Of a DNA stretch of 64,000 nt, positions 40,160-52,266 are shown piece after piece. This stretch comes from Candidatus Bathyarchaeota archaeon (GTDB lineage Archaea; Thermoproteota; Bathyarchaeia; Bathyarchaeales; Bathycorpusculaceae). The notes beneath the pieces are model-generated. The model saw only the letters and a program-made list of their open reading frames with translations. It was not told where the DNA came from and ran no database searches. Numbering within the stretch: the first letter of the stretch is position 1; every line of letters starts with the position of its first letter. The stretch covers positions 128,001 to 192,000 of the forward strand of contig CAVYES010000004.1 of assembly GCA_963767735.1 (NCBI GenBank), read 5' to 3'. The position numbers were made by a program, and so were the translations under genes.

Positions 40160-40540
40160 CTATAACATGGAATCATTGAACTTGAGCAACTTCTCTTCAT
40201 TAGCAGTTAAGAGAAAATTTTCAATGTTTTTTTCGCCCACTCTTAAGGCTCCTATTCCTCTGAGGTTTATAGCATAGAGATCAGAAGGCCAGCCAGGCTT
40301 TGAGGGTCTCTGTCCCACTTTGCTTATCCAGCCTTGCTCTTGCAATGCATCCATGCGCCTGTAGACTGTGTTCTTGTCAGTGTGCTTGAATTCTGTGACG
40401 CGCCTTACCTCAAGGGCTACGTCATATTTTGTCAAGGGCTTTATTGAGCTGCAAAGGATCAGGAGTACTAGGCGGTTTAGCGGCCCTTCTTTGCCACTGA
40501 ACAATCGAAGCGGTGTACCTTTCTCCTTGTCCCACGCCAA
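40160..40540 (-). CDS. Winged HTH DNA-binding protein
   Basis: LFSGKEGPLN..TKYDV..VYRRMDALQEQGWI. Confidence 0.75.
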   Translation of the reverse strand: MAWDKEKGTPLRLFSGKEGPLNRLVLLILCSSIKPLTKYDVALEVRRVTEFKHTDKNTVYRRMDALQEQGWISKVGQRPSKPGWPSDLYAINLRGIGALRVGEKNIENFLLTANEEKLLKFNDSML

Positions 40541-40644
40541 AGTTTTCTGCTCTCCCCTCGACTTTGGAAGGAAGAAGCAAGGCGCTGAAACCTGCTTATT
40601 ACATTAGTGCTGATTATTTTTTGCGTTTTGTTCGAGGGAAAATT

Positions 40645-40821
40645 TTTCTAGCGCTAGAAATGGCTTGGGCAAAATTCATTCTTTGAGGCTTTATAAAGTA
40701 AACTTGCTTTTTAATGGAGCAGGCTTAATTTGAAAGCGTTTTTTGCAGTGTTTTGTCGAGGGTTTTTTCGTCTTTTTCTAGCGCTAGAAACGTTTTAGCC
40801 AGCATATTTCTAGCGTAGAAA
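40645..40821. promoter_or_regulatory. Three palindromic operator-like sites TTTCTAGCGCTAGAAA
   Basis: Perfect copies at 40645..40660 and 40775..40790; 1-nt-deleted copy at 40807..40821. Confidence 0.75.
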
Positions 40822-40885
40822 AAACAGAAAGACTATTGAAATTCTGTTTGCGGGGGCGTTTTTTCAAAAACTATGTTTGTACGGA

Positions 40886-41152
40886 TCATTTGGTTGGCAG
40901 ACCTTGAGTTTTGTTTCTTCTGAAAGTTACATTGATTATTTCTTCTTCATCTGTTTCTTGTTCGTTCCATTCGACTTCAAAATCTTTTTTCGTCTTCGCT
41001 CCAACTTTGTTATGAAGCTTCACCGGAAAATTCACAGAGCAGATTCTATAGAGGTGATCCTTCCCCTTGTAACTTTTATTCATCCAGCGACTTTGAAACC
41101 TAACCATTTTACTCCTCCCAAACACGTCCATTTCGAAGCGACTCAAACACAA
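40886..41152 (-). CDS. Small hypothetical protein (possible swapped-hairpin DNA binder)
   Basis: VNFPVKLH..DFEVEW; similar in layout to 41216..41470. Confidence 0.5.
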   Translation of the reverse strand: MCLSRFEMDVFGRSKMVRFQSRWMNKSYKGKDHLYRICSVNFPVKLHNKVGAKTKKDFEVEWNEQETDEEEIINVTFRRNKTQGLPTK

Positions 41153-41215
41153 GAAACAGTGTTCTTTCTGTTTAATTTTTTTTCATGAATTTTTATCAAA
41201 AAAACTTATCCTATG

Positions 41216-41470
41216 TCAAGCTTGCTTTTGTGATGTATCATTTGAAGTTTCTTTGTTTGCAATGTTTGAAGTTGGTGTAAAGATGACTATTATGCTCCCG
41301 TATTCTTCTTTGGCGTCCCAGTCGAAGTCTTGAGTGAAAATAGGCTTGAGCATTTTGCTACATTTTTTAGGAAAAACGAATTCTATTGCTTCAATATTAT
41401 CATCCCACTTTTTCTTGCCTCCTTCCTCAATAGGTTTCCTTACAGTTCTTTCAAGTATTACTGAAACCGT
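41216..41470 (-). CDS. 84-aa hypothetical protein with probable ACG start
   Basis: GAGGTGA SD then ACG GTT TCA; open frame ..FVFPKKCSKMLKP..DFDWD. Confidence 0.5.
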   Translation of the reverse strand, partial: TVSVILERTVRKPIEEGGKKKWDDNIEAIEFVFPKKCSKMLKPIFTQDFDWDAKEEYGSIIVIFTPTSNIANKETSNDTSQKQA

Positions 41471-41750
41471 GTTTGTTCACCTCCCCGCTTCTTTGCCACA
41501 ACAAATCTTTTAGCTGATATTCGAGCTGCTGAATTTTCTTCTGTTGAGATAGCAGTATGCATATGGCCATGGGTTCAAAGGTTATTGGGTTGCATGCGCA
41601 GCTGCCGGCAGATGCAAGATTTCTACACATATCCATCATCTCATCAAAAGCTGCTTTTTCTTCCTCGTTTGGCAGCGCATTGCGAAAGTTCTCCCAGTGG
41701 TGTATTTCGTCTTCCAATGCCATTCGATAAGAAGGCACAGTCTTACCCAT
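41451..41750 (-). CDS. Small helical protein of the type found in archaeal PolB2 cassettes (arCOG07300-like)
   Basis: MGKTVPSYRMALEDEI..FRNAL..AFDEMMDMCR..FEPM motif. Confidence 0.6.
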   Translation of the reverse strand: MGKTVPSYRMALEDEIHHWENFRNALPNEEEKAAFDEMMDMCRNLASAGSCACNPITFEPMAICILLSQQKKIQQLEYQLKDLLWQRSGEVNKHGFSNT

Positions 41751-42086
41751 AACCTGCTAAACCTCCAAACAATCTAATTTCTTTATCATAGGCGCTCACT
41801 TGGGGCTACAGCTTTTGAGTGAAATCGCTTAAAAAGTAACTGTTGAAACGAACTTTTGGAGCAGTGGAGGGATAAGTGAAAGTGAAAAACAGAGATTGTT
41901 TTCTGCGTTGCCTGTGAAAAATTAGAGATGACTTTTGATTAGTATTCTGGTGGCTTACTGTTATAAATCATATACAGCTTGTAGAAAGTTGTTTGAGCGA
42001 AATGCAAATTCCATGAGAGCGTGCGTAGCCAATGATGCAGCACAATGGTGCTAGCGCGCTGCTTGATAGAAAAAGAAAAAGGAATT

Positions 42087-42323
42087 TTAAGTCACGGTTG
42101 TAGTTTTTGCTTCTTGTGCTGCTTGTGGAGCATTCTGTTTGACAGCGTTGATGCCATTAACAATGTTTGTTACTGCATCGGTTAGGTTGCCGTCTATGAG
42201 TTCTTCGCTGGCTTTAACAATAGAGATAACGCCAACAACGGTTAATCCGATGCCTGAGTAGCCTATGCCTGTTGCAACAAAAGCAGTGATCCCTAGGATT
42301 GTTACGATTACACTAAGAACAGC
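42087..42323 (-). pseudogene. Start-less two-TM ORF fragment (holin-like)
   Basis: AVLSVIVTILGITAFVATG..LTVVGVISIVK..QAAQEAKTTTVT*; in-frame stop directly upstream. Confidence 0.4.
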
Positions 42324-42398
42324 TTATAATCTTATTTTAGTTTTATTCTCAGTTCGCGGTTCGTTGGTGAAGGTTTGAGTGAATGGCACATTTGACTG

Positions 42399-42677
42399 TT
42401 ATGTTGGCTCTAGCGTTATCTCTATGAGGCAGCCTGAAATGTTTGCCTTTTCGCCTTGCAAAACCAAAAGGGGCGTTCTCGGAATGTGTATTCGGCCGTC
42501 TTTCATCATTTTTACGTAAAAGAACTGCCATCCTCGCCCTAGGTCTAGGGCGTTTATGCCTACTTTTAAGATCTGTTCTGGCTCCATTTTGAACTGCCAA
42601 CGAATCAACTTTGGAACTTGAATGTTGTTGTTTTTCTCAAGAACTCCTTGAAACGTTACTTTTCTAGTAAGCGGCAT
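42399..42677 (-). CDS. Duplicated AbrB/SpoVT-like DNA-binding protein
   Basis: NNIQVPKLIR and KDGRIHIP swapped-hairpin motifs. Confidence 0.7.
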   Translation of the reverse strand: MPLTRKVTFQGVLEKNNNIQVPKLIRWQFKMEPEQILKVGINALDLGRGWQFFYVKMMKDGRIHIPRTPLLVLQGEKANISGCLIEITLEPT

Positions 42678-42687
42678 ACAGGAACGC

Positions 42688-42761
42688 TTACTTTCTATTA
42701 CTTTTTATTACTTTCTGTTACTTTCCTTTACTTTCTGTTACATTCCTTTACTTTTCCTTAC
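42688..42761. repeat. Seven tandem 10-bp units, consensus TTACTTTCYN
   Basis: Units start at 42688, 42698, 42708, 42718, 42728, 42738 and 42748. Confidence 0.85.
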
Positions 42762-43091
42762 GCAACCTGCAGACAATTCAAGCTTTGCTTCAAAAAAGCA
42801 ACCCAAAACGCAAAGAACAAATTTTTCCGAAAAATCGAACCATTTTGCAACCTCTGTCAAAAAAAAGAAAAACAAGAAAAAGCTACGCAATGCCGCCTTC
42901 ATCACGAGTGCACTGTTTTTAATCACAGTCGGCATCAGAATTATTGGCATTATCATAGGCGCATAACAAATAAATATAAGCCGACAAAAACAAGAATTAC
43001 AGAAATGCAGTTAACAACTTGTTCTCAAGCTCAAATAAATGTGTATTACAATAAATGAGGCACGAAAACGATATTAAATTGAATTTTCCAA

Positions 43092-44051
43092 GTGTTGATG
43101 AATGTTATGAACGAAAATAACGTAAAGGTTCTTGTTACTGGCGGTGCTGGTTTTATTGGTTCGCATTTGGTTCCGCAACTTCTTGAATTAGGATACTCAG
43201 TAACTGTGCTGGATAATTTGTCTACCGGAAAATTGGAGAACCTTAACGGGGTACTTGACAATCCTAAGTTTATATTTCAACGTGGAGACATACGAGATAA
43301 CGCCATTTCAAACGAGGCATTTAGAGGAATTAACTCAGTTATTCATCTTGCCGCCTTAATAGATATCTCCGCTTCCGTTGCTGATCCGATTCAAAATCAT
43401 GAAGTTAACGTAAATGGAACTTTTAACATGCTTCAGACAGCTGTCAAACAAAACATAAAGAAGTTTGTTTTTGCTTCATCAACCGCCGTCTACGGTGATG
43501 CTAAGACCCTGCCAGTACAAGAAAATATTGCCCTCCACCCGCTTTCTCCATATGCCGCCTCAAAAGTTGCTGGCGAAGCATATTGCAGTGCATTTGCTAA
43601 CTGCTTTGGACTTGAAACAGTTGCATTGAGATTTTTCAATATTTACGGCATAAGAAGCGAGAACAGCCCATACAGTGGCGTCATTACAAAGTTTCTCAGC
43701 AAAATCATAAACAACGAAGTCTTAACAATTGATGGCGACGGAGAACAGACCAGAGACTTCATACATGTAAGCGACATCGTCAAAGCCGTAATCTTAGCAT
43801 TAGAGCAAAAAAGATTGAAGGGCGAGGTTTTTAATGTTTGTACAGGCTTGCCTACAAGCATAAATCAGCTTGCTGCCACTTTGAAGACTGTTACGAGAAA
43901 AAACCCAAACATTAAGCATGGACCTGCAAGATTAGGCGACATACGAAGCAGCTATGGCGACCCTGCTAAAGCCGCAGAAAACTTGGGTTTTAGAGCTAGC
44001 GTTAATTTAACAGAGGGGTTGCAGATGTTATTCGAAGAATTTAATAAATAG
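43092..44051 (+). CDS. NAD-dependent epimerase/dehydratase (UDP-glucose 4-epimerase-like)
   Basis: TGGAGFIGSH, YAASK, QTRDFIHV. Confidence 0.9.
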   Translation: MLMNVMNENNVKVLVTGGAGFIGSHLVPQLLELGYSVTVLDNLSTGKLENLNGVLDNPKFIFQRGDIRDNAISNEAFRGINSVIHLAALIDISASVADPIQNHEVNVNGTFNMLQTAVKQNIKKFVFASSTAVYGDAKTLPVQENIALHPLSPYAASKVAGEAYCSAFANCFGLETVALRFFNIYGIRSENSPYSGVITKFLSKIINNEVLTIDGDGEQTRDFIHVSDIVKAVILALEQKRLKGEVFNVCTGLPTSINQLAATLKTVTRKNPNIKHGPARLGDIRSSYGDPAKAAENLGFRASVNLTEGLQMLFEEFNK

Positions 44052-44375
44052 TCAACAAAATAAGAGTTCTCAACCGACAAATCAACACTTAAAAAGGCGA
44101 ATGTACCAAAGCGCTTGCCCAGTTTTCCAGTTTTCTTAGCTTGCAGCCTACAACAAGCTTTGTATTGCGGGCAATTTTTTTGTAAACTTTATGCGGGTTA
44201 GTCGTGACTATGCTGGTAATAACGTTTTTGAAAGATTGTTTAGGTTTAATCTTTCATTATTTGGCTTTTTGGTATGTCGCGTTTTAGGAAATATGGCTTA
44301 TATGCTTTTTTGCGGTTTGTCCTGCTTAAGAAGAGATAAAAAGCGCGGTAGCATGGCTATTCGGTGGTGACTTGA

Positions 44376-44618
44376 ATGGTTAGTAAAGATCAGGGAATAG
44401 GTGGAGCAATATTTGTTGTATGCGTTATAGTCGCAATAGGATTTGTCGTTTTGGTTGCTGTCCCGATGGATGGACTAGCAACTGCCACAATCAGGTTAGA
44501 TGCGGTTCTGATTCTTGTTTCCGTAGCATTCATCGCCATTCTAGCGATCGGCGGATGGATAGGCTATACAATGGCTACGACGCCGCCTCCAAAACCAATA
44601 GAAGAAATAACCACTTAA
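44376..44618 (+). CDS. Small archaeal two-TM protein
   Basis: SKDQGIG..WIGYTMATTPPPKPIEEI; paralog at 60106..60345. Confidence 0.75.
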   Translation: MVSKDQGIGGAIFVVCVIVAIGFVVLVAVPMDGLATATIRLDAVLILVSVAFIAILAIGGWIGYTMATTPPPKPIEEITT

Positions 44619-44887
44619 ACAGATACGAAAAAAGAAGAACCAAAATAATCTTTTAGACAACCATAACTATATCTGAGTTTTTCCTACCACCCCATTTAAA
44701 ATCGAATATTGATTTTATGCTTGCCAGTTGATTGGGTAAGATTATGGTTCCTCCCAACTTCCACTTCAGATTGAGGATGCTTGTTGCGTTTTGTATTTTT
44801 GTTGTTCATGTAAACTGGAGTATCTTCAAATTAATAATATTTATTAATGCTTACGACTTACGACTATTACTTGTCGGGTCGATATAA

Positions 44888-45343
44888 ATGGCGTTTAAAA
44901 AGCTTGGCTCAGGAGCGGTAATTGTGCTCGTAATAACCGGCATAATGCTAACTGCACTCACCGCTGCTCTGTTAACTACCAGCCAAACCTTATCCACAAA
45001 TGGATCAATCACGCCCATCAGCGCCGTAGGCTTAGCAATCTACAGCAACTCAGGTTTAACAACACCTATGTCAGCAGTAACCTGGGGAACCCTAAATCCA
45101 GGCGGCCAAACATCCGTAACCGTTTACCTCAAAAACACAGGCAACATTGCCGAGAACCTTACCATGAGCGTGAGCAATTGGAGCCCATCAAACGCAAACA
45201 CATACCTCACCTGCACATGGACACCAACAGTAACGCCCCTAGCCGCCGGCGCATCAACCTCAGCAACCATAACACTCTCAGCCTTATCAAGCGCACCAAC
45301 AACATCCTACAGCTTCAGCCTAGCCATAACCGGCAGCCAATAA
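44888..45343 (+). CDS. Secreted or membrane-anchored Ig-like protein
   Basis: N-terminal TM; WGTLNPG..YLKNTGN. Confidence 0.7.
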   Translation: MAFKKLGSGAVIVLVITGIMLTALTAALLTTSQTLSTNGSITPISAVGLAIYSNSGLTTPMSAVTWGTLNPGGQTSVTVYLKNTGNIAENLTMSVSNWSPSNANTYLTCTWTPTVTPLAAGASTSATITLSALSSAPTTSYSFSLAITGSQ

Positions 45344-45550
45344 CTCACGCGCGCGGATCCCCCCTTTCAGCTTAATTTTTTAAATCTAGATATCGTCTAA
45401 TTTTCGACACTGCCGATTTCTTATTTTAATCCTGTGTGCCGTCATCACTCTCCAGTAAAAACGGAGATAACGAGCACCTAACCCTAACGAGGCGTTTTGC
45501 TAAGGGCACTCAACTAGGCCCTCGTATTTCGTGCGCTCAAGTTTAGCGCG

Positions 45551-46652
45551 CTGGCTTGTCCCTTAATTAAGTAAACGTTTATTTTTGAGTTGGGGCCTCG
45601 TTTCAAATGAGTTACGTCCAAGCTTAGGAGGTGACCCCAAGCGGGACAAGATGAACACGAGACCCTAGAAACCCTCTTCAGAAACGTAGACTTAAGTTTT
45701 GCTAAAGCAGCCTTACTCGACTGCTTCCATTCCGATGGTCCAGGAAGACCCCCCAGAAACCCAATGGGACTTTTCAGAACCTTCATCGTTATGCGCATGA
45801 AGGGCGTTCGCAGCCTAAGAGAAATGACCAGACTACTCGACGCAGACCCAAGACTTAGACGATTGTGCCTCATCAAACCAGCCGAAAAAGGTTACCCACG
45901 AAGCGTTCTCAGCAGGTTCATCCGCAAAGTCGGAGAAATCCGCCTCATTAACATAATAGACGAGAAAGTTGTTAAGCTCTCGAAACACAGCAGTGCAAGA
46001 GACGTTGATTCCATTTTTGATGCTTCCTTTATAGATGCGTGGAGTACACGTGATCCACTGGACAACCAGACCGGCTATTCAGACAAGGAAGCCAGAGTCG
46101 GACGCGCAGGCAGATCATTCGGACTCGGCTACAAGCTGCACTTAGCTATCGATTCTGCGACTATGCTTCCTTTAGCCTGCATTTTTGCTTCGGCTAATCA
46201 GAACGAGCAGAAACACTCATTGAACCTGCTGGAGAAGACCAAGCTGATTCTCAAGCAGTCTGAGGCTAAATTGAGAAGTGTGATAGCTGACAGCCAGTAC
46301 AGCGACGGCAAACTCAGAGACGCTGTCAACGCTGCGGTGATACCGTATCGTTCAAACCAGAAACTGGACGTTAAGGGCTTGCTGAGAGTGGACAAGAAGT
46401 TTCGAGCCTATGGACCGGAAGAACAGAAGAAGGAGTACCACAAAAGACCTCATGTAGAGGCAGTCTACAGCTTCCTAAAGACACAGTACAGCCTAACCGT
46501 CAATAAAGTAAGAGGCTTAGGCAACGTAGCTTCATATGCGCTCTTTAGCATTCTATGCTTAGTTCTGAACCGAGAGGCGGCAGAAAACTTCGGAAGATAC
46601 GATAAAGCAGTCTCACCAACATACTTCAACACGTAATATCGGGACAAGGCAG
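45551..46652 (+). mobile_element. Insertion sequence (IS5/IS1182-like DDE) inserted in a (GC)n target
   Basis: TIRs CTGGCTTGTCCC (45551..45562) and GGGACAAGGCAG (46641..46652); CGCG direct repeat on both flanks. Confidence 0.85.
45641..46636 (+). CDS. DDE transposase
   Basis: GRPP..SLRE, IFDAS, GYKLHL, IADSQY, RPHVEAVYSFLK; the SD-positioned codon at 45641 is GCG and the first ATG is at 45764. Confidence 0.9.
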   Translation, partial: AGQDEHETLETLFRNVDLSFAKAALLDCFHSDGPGRPPRNPMGLFRTFIVMRMKGVRSLREMTRLLDADPRLRRLCLIKPAEKGYPRSVLSRFIRKVGEIRLINIIDEKVVKLSKHSSARDVDSIFDASFIDAWSTRDPLDNQTGYSDKEARVGRAGRSFGLGYKLHLAIDSATMLPLACIFASANQNEQKHSLNLLEKTKLILKQSEAKLRSVIADSQYSDGKLRDAVNAAVIPYRSNQKLDVKGLLRVDKKFRAYGPEEQKKEYHKRPHVEAVYSFLKTQYSLTVNKVRGLGNVASYALFSILCLVLNREAAENFGRYDKAVSPTYFNT

Positions 46653-46865
46653 CGCGCAGCCAACCCTTCGGCTGGGGCAACTCGTCGGTTGGATCAAAAC
46701 CAAAACAAGCGCATAAAAAATATTAGCTAAATGAGAGAAGAAGTGCTCAACGAAAAATGATGAACCAAAACAAGCTATGAGTTTCCAGAAATAAATCCCA
46801 CGAAGACTTAACAGAACCCGCACAGCAACGTATTAATGATAAAGTTCTCAATAAATCGTTTTGTT

Positions 46866-47734
46866 TTAAGCGCTTAATATTTTTTTAAGTCTTTGTGTCA
46901 GTGATTCTCGTTCGTTGGGTTGGTGAATCCATAATTCCCGGTTTTCTCTGAATTGCTGACCTGTAATTTTTCCCTTTGTTTGAAGGGTGCCCAGCAGTTT
47001 AACGAATTCACCTAGTCCTACCTGTTCTCTGGTTACAATGTTTGATGCTTTTCTTTCTTCCTCTGATGGGTTGATTGTGCCTTTTTCTTGGTCGGGCGGT
47101 GGGTAGCTGTTATATAAGAATCGGGCAAAATAGGTAATTTCCCAAGTTTTTGTTATTGGCAAGCTTTCTTTGATGTTAGCAGTTCAGATGTCAAGGATGC
47201 GTATTCTTCCCCGAGGGAATAGTACTTGCGGGGATTACTTGGTTTATCAGCAACTTTGTTAACGAAATACTTCAAATGGGCACTGCTAAAGATAGGTAGC
47301 ACCTTTCCGCTTTCATAGTTGAAGCAAAATATGATTTTCTTTGCAACCTGTTTGTCTTGTCCTAAACGGCTGATATTTTCCCATCGAGCATCTACTTTTT
47401 CAGCAAGCGATTTCTTTTTATCAACAACAACACGAAGCAGGCTTTTGAAATCGCCTAGTTGAATTCTGATATTGCGGTAAACAGTAGAGCCGTGAATTGT
47501 AAGGTGCCCGAGCGGTTCAAGATAATACTCTAAATAGCGAAAAAATTCGCCAACTTCACCCGAGCTCTCTTTAAAAATATCATCAGGATTTAACCAATCA
47601 ATTGATTGAGGATTCTCGGCGAAAGGAAATTTTGCTCTAAAATCCTTCAAAAGTACAAGTGCCTTATCTACTTCAACCTTCATAACTCCGGTTTTGTCGT
47701 AAACACTTGCTTTCTCTAACAGAAAATTGTCCAA
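46866..47734 (-). pseudogene. Hypothetical gene apparently split by a frameshift (47153..47734 plus 46866..47162)
   Basis: Overlapping ORFs that read continuously across about 47165. Confidence 0.5.
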
Positions 47735-47896
47735 TTTCTATCTCATCCCATCAGTATCCATATTTGCCATAATAACATTTGCAATGATTTATCGAAAAAT
47801 AGACTAAGATAGCTATTTTTCTTAAAATCGTTGCTTTATGTTTCTAGCAAATTTTAAATCTATTCACAATGAATAAGCAATGAAGGACTGGTCAGT

Positions 47897-48847
47897 ATGG
47901 CATATGTATTTGAAGCTGTAACAATTGTGATTGCTCTGATTATTATTGTATGGGGTATTCTCTTGTCGCTTCGAATTGTTAGACCCACGGAAAAAGGCTT
48001 AGTGGAGCGCTTTGGCAAGTACTATCGGTTTGTTGAAGGCGGCATAACTTTTCTTTTTCCCTTTGTAGACAGAATCATCAGAGTCAACGTCACCGAACGT
48101 ATGACTCCTGTGCAGCGGCAAGATGTGATCACAAAGGACAAGGTCTTCATGGGTGTGGATGCTGTTGTATTCTACAGAATCAAGCACGACGAAGCATCGG
48201 TTAAAGCGTCACAGTATAATGTGGCTAACTTTGCCGAACAAATAGATACCCTTGCCCGAACCGTACTCAGAGACATAATAGGCGGCATGGACATGGCAAT
48301 AGCCAATACATCCAGACCAACAATAAACGCCAGTCTCAAAACAGCCTTAGACGAGCAGACAGAAAAGTGGGGAATTGAAATTGTCAGAGCAGAAATCAAA
48401 GACCTTGAACCTCCAAGAGAACTCATTATATCAATGGAATCCGTTTTGAAAGCAGACAATGAACGGCAAGCAGCAGAAAAAACCGCCATAGCGCAAGCCA
48501 CTTTGGCAAGCGGAGAGAAAAACGCGGCGATTCAAGTTGCCGAAGGGCAAAAGCAAGCTGCTATCTTGGAAGCAGAAGGACAGAAAATCGCCACCGTCAC
48601 CATCGCTGAAGGAGACGCCCAAGCAACCAAGTTACGCAGTGAGGCTTTAACCACGTATTTCAAAGACAGCGCCATAGTCTCCAAGCAACTGGACACAATT
48701 GCAACAGCTTTGCAGAATAACACCAAAATAATCGTTCCCGAAGGCAAAGCCATATCGCTAATCCTAAATGAGCAGGAAAACCTCGCTAAAGCCACCATAA
48801 TCCCAGTAACGCTGCCCCAGCAACAGAAAAGCAACAAACAAATGTAA
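47897..48847 (+). CDS. SPFH/band 7 (stomatin/QmcA-like) protein
   Basis: GLVERFGKY, QDVITKD, WGIEIVRAEIKD and AEG repeats. Confidence 0.95.
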   Translation: MAYVFEAVTIVIALIIIVWGILLSLRIVRPTEKGLVERFGKYYRFVEGGITFLFPFVDRIIRVNVTERMTPVQRQDVITKDKVFMGVDAVVFYRIKHDEASVKASQYNVANFAEQIDTLARTVLRDIIGGMDMAIANTSRPTINASLKTALDEQTEKWGIEIVRAEIKDLEPPRELIISMESVLKADNERQAAEKTAIAQATLASGEKNAAIQVAEGQKQAAILEAEGQKIATVTIAEGDAQATKLRSEALTTYFKDSAIVSKQLDTIATALQNNTKIIVPEGKAISLILNEQENLAKATIIPVTLPQQQKSNKQM

Positions 48848-48914
48848 TAATGCGTTTAAGGCTCTTAAGCAGGCTTGTTTTCCTAATTTGAAAGAGTGAC
48901 AAGTTAATCCTTAA

Positions 48915-51134
<2,220 letters not shown>

Positions 51135-51317
51135 CAACAGCTAGGGATAACAATGCAGCATTAGTAGCTCAGTCGGAACAAGAAGTTTGCCAACTAACCT
51201 TCATTTTGCTTTTTTCTTGTCCTTCAACTTGTTTTGAGTTAAGAGAGGAAGAATTTCAAAAAGGAACCGGAAAGAGATTTAAGGGCATGTGATGCGTTTA
51301 ATCGTGACCACCAATCT

Positions 51318-51509
51318 ATGTCGCCACGGATTATTATTAAAGAGAAAGTTGCAATCTTCATTATCTCCGTCGTCGTACTAGTGCTGAACTTGATTCTCTG
51401 GCGAGTTGGAATCTTTAATTATCTTGATTTTCTTTTGGTTTTTTTGGTAATTTTCGTCGGCGCTAACGCAGCCTACCGATTGATTGACAGAAAACGCAAA
51501 ACGTATTGA
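51318..51509 (+). CDS. Small two-TM protein
   Basis: Hydrophobic ORF with a basic tail. Confidence 0.5.
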   Translation: MSPRIIIKEKVAIFIISVVVLVLNLILWRVGIFNYLDFLLVFLVIFVGANAAYRLIDRKRKTY

Positions 51510-51716
51510 ACAGAACCCGACTTTTCAACAATTAGCTTCAATGTTTGATTTAAATAGCTTACAAAGTAAGTTAAATTTATCGTTCTTAGCTAAAATCCGT
51601 TCTCGGGGTAAATGAATGAGTTTTCTGAAAAATGTGAAGATGTATGTAGCCGATTTTACACATAACTCTTTAATTATTTTATCAGCAAAATGTTTTGGTG
51701 AATCAGGTTTATTTGC

Positions 51717-51953
51717 ATGAATTTCGCTGAAGCATTAGAATTCTCAAAGAAATTTCCCGCTTGCCATCCCAAAGTATTCAAAGGGTTTTTTGAGCGGGGC
51801 ATTTGTGAAACTGAAACCGAGGGCTATGTCGTCCTAACCGATACAACCTTAGCCAATGAGCCAAGTCCTAACCAGTTAGAGGATTACGTTAAGAGTCACA
51901 AATTAAAGATAGATCACGGCAAAGACCATTTGATCATTTATACATGCCCTTAA
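51717..51953 (+). CDS. Hypothetical protein
   Basis: 78-aa ORF. Confidence 0.5.
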   Translation: MNFAEALEFSKKFPACHPKVFKGFFERGICETETEGYVVLTDTTLANEPSPNQLEDYVKSHKLKIDHGKDHLIIYTCP

Positions 51954-52140
51954 CAGGTTTGTTAAACAGATTTACTTAGAGAATCCCCGTTTTCAGCCTG
52001 TTTTTGGGCTTTAAGCCTAACGCTCAATGTTTGAAATGGTCATCTCGGGTTTCCAGCGATAGTTAATTGAAAAAGGATGGATAAAATATAATAAAAAAAT
52101 TGAGCTAAATGCAAGTGAAAAAGTTTTTTTTCAACTGATT

Positions 52141-52266
52141 TTATAGTCCATCGACAAGATGGGCTGTTCCGTCTGGGCAGTAGACACAATTGCCTTTTTC
52201 AACGACAAGGTAACGTCTATTGCACGGTTTCATTTGGGAGCATCCGTCGCAATCTCTTGATAACAT
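52141..52266 (-). CDS. 41-aa Zn-binding microprotein
   Basis: AGGAGG SD; MLSRDCDGC..C..YCPDGTAH. Confidence 0.6.
   Translation of the reverse strand: MLSRDCDGCSQMKPCNRRYLVVEKGNCVYCPDGTAHLVDGL

Larger units (their letters stand above)
20564..42761 (-). mobile_element. Siphovirus-like (Caudoviricetes, HK97 fold) defective provirus or GTA-like module
   Basis: Canonical order TerS-TerL-portal-protease-MCP-adaptors-tail tube-chaperone-TMP-Dit-hub; boundaries approximate; no att pair seen. Confidence 0.9.

Noticed and set aside
42688-42761. Possible CRISPR array
   Set aside because: 10-bp tandem units with no spacers; no cas genes or repeat-spacer arrays seen anywhere in the window
20400-43050. 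attL/attR pair bounding the provirus
   Set aside because: No shared direct repeat or tRNA found by eye; the left end is a deletion junction
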